From: Candidatus Levybacteria bacterium RIFCSPLOWO2_01_FULL_38_21
Lineage (GTDB): Bacteria > Patescibacteriota > Microgenomatia > Levybacterales > UBA12049
Assembly: GCA_001782475.1 (NCBI GenBank)
Contig: MFOT01000014.1
Location: 12,109 to 76,108, forward strand
Length of the DNA: 64,000 nucleotides
Reading direction: 5' to 3'
Shown here: positions 60,501-64,000 of the stretch, piece by piece
Position numbering within the stretch: position 1 is the stretch's first letter
How the letters are laid out: each line of letters begins with the position of its first letter
The notes under the pieces: generated by a model
What the model saw: the letters and a program-made list of their open reading frames with translations, nothing else
Database searches by the model: none
What the model was told of the DNA's origin: nothing
Position numbers and translations under genes: made by a program

Positions 60501-60815
60501 CTTGAGGAGAGTGTAATCACTCCTTTTCCATACTCAAAAACTTTTCAGATCTTAGGAAAACCAGAAGACAACCCCAAGCTTTGGGAAAGCATCTCGCCTC
60601 TATCATATCTTGGGGATATAAAAGCTCCTGTACAAATCATTCATGGTACCGATGACAAAACCGTACCTTACCAATGGTCTATAGAGCTATTTAACGATCT
60701 TAAGAGTCTTTCGAAAAATACAAAGCTTAATCTTTATGATAATGCCGGGCATAATTTAAATCCCAAATGGGAGGAAGCTACAAGGGATTCTCTAATGTTC
60801 TTTAAGAGTTTTTAA
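57507..60815 (+). CDS. Fusion: flippase-like TM domain + DUF2079-like membrane domain + alpha/beta hydrolase
   Basis: PGNIW and PMGLGVRE (LPG-synthase-TM-like); FDLGNMDQ and DFHP (DUF2079-like); HGY, DYRG, GHSMG, HGTDD.TVP and AGH. Confidence 0.75.
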   Translation: MNREGKSFFLSVATFLIGWPISAIAIFFIGKIILSQFNLVSPYIKIPSILPLTGGVICFILFYFGRAFLFKKLLEERGHKLDFKEVSFLWGLSGLKRFAPGNIWSFLGMTLSFSKKGVDSKTIIPLFFTEIGLFIIASLLLSLFSIQFILPYVLSVHTYSIFIIPFISFIVILISLIFVFNKIAIGKLKDGGVKKIFPSFNPYTNFVLLSITVGSLFLFGLGTFLTIASVVYLPLNFFLPLIGFFVFSLLLGFLSFITPMGLGVREGVIAVGLSKILTLQLAGFSAIFARIVLILSEIIFILSASLWKKIKDSRFLKIENYIKNHLHEVILLLMITLYAVYFSQASFLRYDNFFTGRFDLGNMDQAVWNTINGRIFKITDPNGTDIISRLSFHADFILVFISPLYFIWANPKMLLLLQSIALGLGAVFIYLISNNLLKNKNISLAFSLAFLLNPSLQFSNLYDFHPVTLATTLLLGAFYFLKREKYLWMLIFLILASLSKEQIWIIAALFGAYLFFIDKKRLMGILITVLPLGIFYYLIAKAIPEARGAQHFALSYYSDFGESPLTIIRNIFLSPGKIIGILLQEKQLIYLTKIFSPLGFLSLLFPLTLIFILPDLFINLLSNNSQLREIYYQYTATITPFIFISAIYAVATVQKRFSKISFRFFMWYILISAILGAYFIGPLPGSKNPNINMFTKQLPQKETIANFLDSIPQKFSIAATNNLGSHLSHRQKIYTIPVGIDQADIILFLLNDPFAQPSLKAQIETADKMKEDKNYIQVFKQGDFIVFEKRNLYLEEHEKKIKQVKLFPLSIPSLAHRDYKKGEIKIENKIETNKSFTSYIASYLSDGLKVYALLNIPNIPKPQNGFPVIIVNHGYINPKGYNTVSSYKNITDYFSKNGYLVLKPDYRGNDKSEIDNKALMRFAYPIDVMNLISSISSIKEADSSSVYLWGHSMGAEVALEVLEIIGKNEELSKSVKAAVLWAPVTDPLRWFSKQNLPRLEESVITPFPYSKTFQILGKPEDNPKLWESISPLSYLGDIKAPVQIIHGTDDKTVPYQWSIELFNDLKSLSKNTKLNLYDNAGHNLNPKWEEATRDSLMFFKSF

Positions 60816-60875
60816 AGGAGATTTTCTCAACTTAATCCTCTTGTCTTAAGTCTTGAAAAGTTCTACGATAGCAAT

Positions 60876-61688
60876 ATGGTTACTGTTGTTAAGGCAACGG
60901 GCGAGAAAGAACCATTCTCCGAAATTAAAGTGAGAAATTCTATAAGAAGAGCCGGAATTCCGCAGGAAATTCAGGAGCAAGTCTTAGTGCATATAAAAAC
61001 AAAGATTTACGAAGATATTCATACATCCGAAATCTATAAACACATTATTGAATTTCTTAAAACTTCTCCTCACCCATTTAATAAGACAAGATATACGCTC
61101 AAACAGGCAATAATGGACTTAGGTCCTACAGGATATCCTTTTGAGAACTATGTTTCGGAAATTCTAAAAAGCGAGGGATATCAAACTCAGGTAAGACAAA
61201 TTTTAGAAGGGGAGTGTGTTTCTCATGAAATAGATGTTATTGCTCAAAAAAACGACAAAAAGATTTTAATTGAGGCTAAATTTCATAATAGTCCGGGGAC
61301 AAGATCTGATATTCATGTTTCTTTATATACAAAGGCGCGTTTTGATGATTTAAAAGATAAGTATAATTTTACCCAAGGATGGATTGTTACAAATACAAAA
61401 GTGACTACAGATGGGGTAAAATATGCGCTTTGCAATGGAATGAAAATTATCGGATGGAATTATCCAGAAACAGGAAGCCTAAGGGATTTAGTCGAAAAAG
61501 CAAATCTTTATCCAATAACAGCTCTGCAGTCTCTTTCGCAATCACAAAAACAAAGTCTTCTTGATCAAGGAATAGTTTTGTGTAAAACTATTTGTCAAAA
61601 TCAGAATCTGTTGAGTCAGTTTGATATATCGGATCATAAAAAAAATAATCTTAAAGACGAACTAAACTTTGTCTGCAATATTAGTTAA
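60876..61688 (+). CDS. ATP-cone domain fused to a PD-(D/E)xK (Mrr-like) nuclease
   Basis: VVKATGEKEPFS..K (ATP cone); TGYPFE, HEIDVIA, IEAKFH and VTNT. Confidence 0.82.
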   Translation: MVTVVKATGEKEPFSEIKVRNSIRRAGIPQEIQEQVLVHIKTKIYEDIHTSEIYKHIIEFLKTSPHPFNKTRYTLKQAIMDLGPTGYPFENYVSEILKSEGYQTQVRQILEGECVSHEIDVIAQKNDKKILIEAKFHNSPGTRSDIHVSLYTKARFDDLKDKYNFTQGWIVTNTKVTTDGVKYALCNGMKIIGWNYPETGSLRDLVEKANLYPITALQSLSQSQKQSLLDQGIVLCKTICQNQNLLSQFDISDHKKNNLKDELNFVCNIS

Positions 61689-61697
61689 AACTTTTAA

Positions 61698-62945
61698 TTA
61701 CAATTTTGCTAATTTTGTCCTTTCATATTTATCTGCCATATAGCCGTTGGGGACTGTTGTAAGCTTATCTGAATGGAGAAGAAATCCATTTCGGATAGTA
61801 TGATCTCCGAATCGATTGTTAATCTTGTCGATTGCAGATAAAAGATTGTCATTTTTATAGCTTGCATCAAAAAGGGGAAGAGTTAGATTCTTGCTATCTT
61901 CAAGGCCTGAAACCCAAACACTAATTTGTCTTACATAAGAATCTTTTAAATTAAACATTTCTTTGTTTTCTTTAAAAAGAGAGTTAAATAGATTAAATAA
62001 ATCTTTGGAGTCATCAAAATAGAAATTATATGTTTTTCTCCCGTGTACATTAATATTTCCCCGCAACAAAAATCCTAAAGTCCTTGCCTTTTTATTAAGT
62101 CTTCTAAGTTTTATTGATATTTCTTCCCAGAGCTCATAAGTATTTTGCAAAATCTTTCTTTTATCATATTCGTTTTGGGGAAGACAGTAATTTCTTCCGA
62201 TTGATTTTACATCTGGTACTAAAGTATAGGGCATGATTCCTGAATCATCTTTCCCTTCCGAAATATTTCTGAGAAACTGAGCCTCCATTTTACCAAATTC
62301 GCAAACAAGTCTGTAATGGGGAACTTTTCGGATATCTAAAAGATTAAAAACTCCAAGTTTATTGAGTCTGTCTTTAATTCTTTCCCCGATTCCGCAAATA
62401 TCTGTAAGTTTTGCTTTTTTATAAACTGCATCCATATTTTGGTGAGTTATTTTAAACATACCATCTGGCTTATTAAGACCGGAGGCAAGCTTTGCTAAAA
62501 GTTTATTATAAGAAATGCCAAAAGAAGCTGTTATATATTCTCCTATTTCTTCTCTTATTCTTTTTTTGATTATTGATACGATTCCCCCCGCTCCGTTAAA
62601 AAGATGGGCAGTCGGTGTCATGTCTATGAAAACCTCATCGATTGAAAAAAGTTCGACAAAAGGTGAGTAATCTTTGCAAATATTGATAAACTTCTTGGAA
62701 ACTTTAAAGTATTTAACAAAATCCGCAGGAACAAGAATTAAATCAGGACAAATTTTAAAAGCCTCATAGGTTCTTGAACCTGTTCCGATGCCCAGTTTTT
62801 TAGCTTCTTTGCTACTTGCAATAATACAAGTCCTACCGTTTGTTGCAGTAACTCCTATAGGTTTACCCCGAAGTCTAGGATTATATTGCTGCTCAACGCT
62901 TGCAAAAAAAGAATCGAAGTCGATATGAAGAATAGCTTTATCCAC
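61698..62945 (-). CDS. dinB: DNA polymerase IV (Y family)
   Basis: LHIDFDSFFASVEQ, SIDE and AKLAS...KPDG motifs; GTG start at 62945. Confidence 0.93.
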   Translation of the reverse strand: MDKAILHIDFDSFFASVEQQYNPRLRGKPIGVTATNGRTCIIASSKEAKKLGIGTGSRTYEAFKICPDLILVPADFVKYFKVSKKFINICKDYSPFVELFSIDEVFIDMTPTAHLFNGAGGIVSIIKKRIREEIGEYITASFGISYNKLLAKLASGLNKPDGMFKITHQNMDAVYKKAKLTDICGIGERIKDRLNKLGVFNLLDIRKVPHYRLVCEFGKMEAQFLRNISEGKDDSGIMPYTLVPDVKSIGRNYCLPQNEYDKRKILQNTYELWEEISIKLRRLNKKARTLGFLLRGNINVHGRKTYNFYFDDSKDLFNLFNSLFKENKEMFNLKDSYVRQISVWVSGLEDSKNLTLPLFDASYKNDNLLSAIDKINNRFGDHTIRNGFLLHSDKLTTVPNGYMADKYERTKLAKL

Positions 62946-62958
62946 TAGAAATAAAGTA

Positions 62959-62973
62959 GAACAAAATACGAAA
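62959..62973 (-). promoter_or_regulatory. Candidate LexA operator in the dinB promoter
   Basis: Minus strand TTTC-N7-GTTC inside TTGATT-17 bp-TACTTT. Confidence 0.55.
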
Positions 62974-63009
62974 TAAATCAATACGACAAAGAAGAGCTTA
63001 CTGTGTCAA

Positions 63010-63951
63010 TTACAAACCGTAGGCTGAAAGAGGAGCGTTTCCTATGTGACTGCGGTGAAGAGTCATTATATAGGAATCGCACTGCAAAAACCCGGAAATT
63101 GTAGAAAACGCGCCAATAAAACCATCTTGTTGCAGTATCTGTATCGCACTAGGACTAAAAGAACCATATGGATAGGCAAAAATATTAATTGCCTGTCCGG
63201 TATTTTGCTCAAGCTGTTGTTTTGCTGTCTGTATTTCATACTGAATTTTATCCTGCGATCCTCGTCCTATAGCATAATGTGACCATGTATGACTTGTTAG
63301 GTAGACCAATCCACTTGCCTTCATCTCTTTTATCTGATCCCAAGAAAGAAAATTAGGGCTACCTACGAGTCCTGTTGCGACCATAAGATTTATTACAACA
63401 TTATATTTCCTAATAATCGGAAGAGCGTAGCTATAAGCATTTTCATACCCATCGTCCAGGGTAATCACAATGCTTTTTGGTGAAAGACCTGAATGATTTT
63501 TTAATGCATTTACAAGTTCTTCCGCAGTAATTGTATGATACCCATTTGACACAAGATATGCCATTTGCTGATCGAAAACTCTATTATCCACGCTTCCTGC
63601 GGTTTGACCTTTCTCAATCGCCACTGATTGAGGCTGTATACGATGATAGGTTAAAACTGGAACATTAAGACAGTAATGATTTTTAAGCGGTGTATTAATT
63701 TTTTCATCAACCTTAACGTTTTCTGTTATTTTTTCCTCAGGTATTCCTAGCGTTGGCGTTGAAGTAAGTGTAATTATATTTGAAGACAAGACCGGCGTAC
63801 AAAAAGACAAAGAATTGCAAACCATTGGGGAACTTTGATATCCGTAAGACATGGTCTTATGAATTATTTCTCCTTTTTTGACATTTCCAAAATACTCAAA
63901 AATAAATAAAAAAATAATTAAAACAGCAAGAAGCTGTATGCGTTTTATCAC
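63010..63951 (-). CDS. Polysaccharide deacetylase (CE4) with N-terminal anchor
   Basis: VLTYH, TLDDG, SHTWSH and FAYPYG motifs. Confidence 0.92.
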   Translation of the reverse strand: MIKRIQLLAVLIIFLFIFEYFGNVKKGEIIHKTMSYGYQSSPMVCNSLSFCTPVLSSNIITLTSTPTLGIPEEKITENVKVDEKINTPLKNHYCLNVPVLTYHRIQPQSVAIEKGQTAGSVDNRVFDQQMAYLVSNGYHTITAEELVNALKNHSGLSPKSIVITLDDGYENAYSYALPIIRKYNVVINLMVATGLVGSPNFLSWDQIKEMKASGLVYLTSHTWSHYAIGRGSQDKIQYEIQTAKQQLEQNTGQAINIFAYPYGSFSPSAIQILQQDGFIGAFSTISGFLQCDSYIMTLHRSHIGNAPLSAYGL

Positions 63952-64000
63952 AGGGGAAATAATATCAAAATTTAATTTAAATGTAAATGACTATAAGCTT

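Overview
AT-rich bacterial chromosome segment, standard code 11 (TGA ends several ORFs), with gene content typical of a reduced Patescibacteria/CPR genome, probably Microgenomates (inference). It holds the F-type ATP synthase operon, dnaE, gatCAB, murT-gatD, polX-lemA-htpX, pyrG, uvrABC, lexA, dinB, sugar-phosphate genes, a type IV pilus cluster, a MacAB-like exporter and six tRNAs. No integrase, transposase, CRISPR array or prophage is visible. Main observations: (1) a NYN RNase gene bracketed by a 33-bp duplication of the pyrG promoter, with a convergent promoter, hairpin and U-tract that would give a ~60-nt antisense RNA (candidate RNA-antitoxin/RNase cassette); (2) several REP-like palindrome families and 7-bp tandem repeats inserted in frame in gatB, gatD, a CysRS-like gene, uvrA and rnhB, and next to tRNAs; (3) a degenerate enolase; (4) an MshC-like CysRS paralogue; (5) a 6S-like rod RNA; (6) a shared direct-repeat LexA-box candidate at lexA and dinB; (7) widespread leaderless gene starts. 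All calls come from reading motifs by eye; no searches were run.
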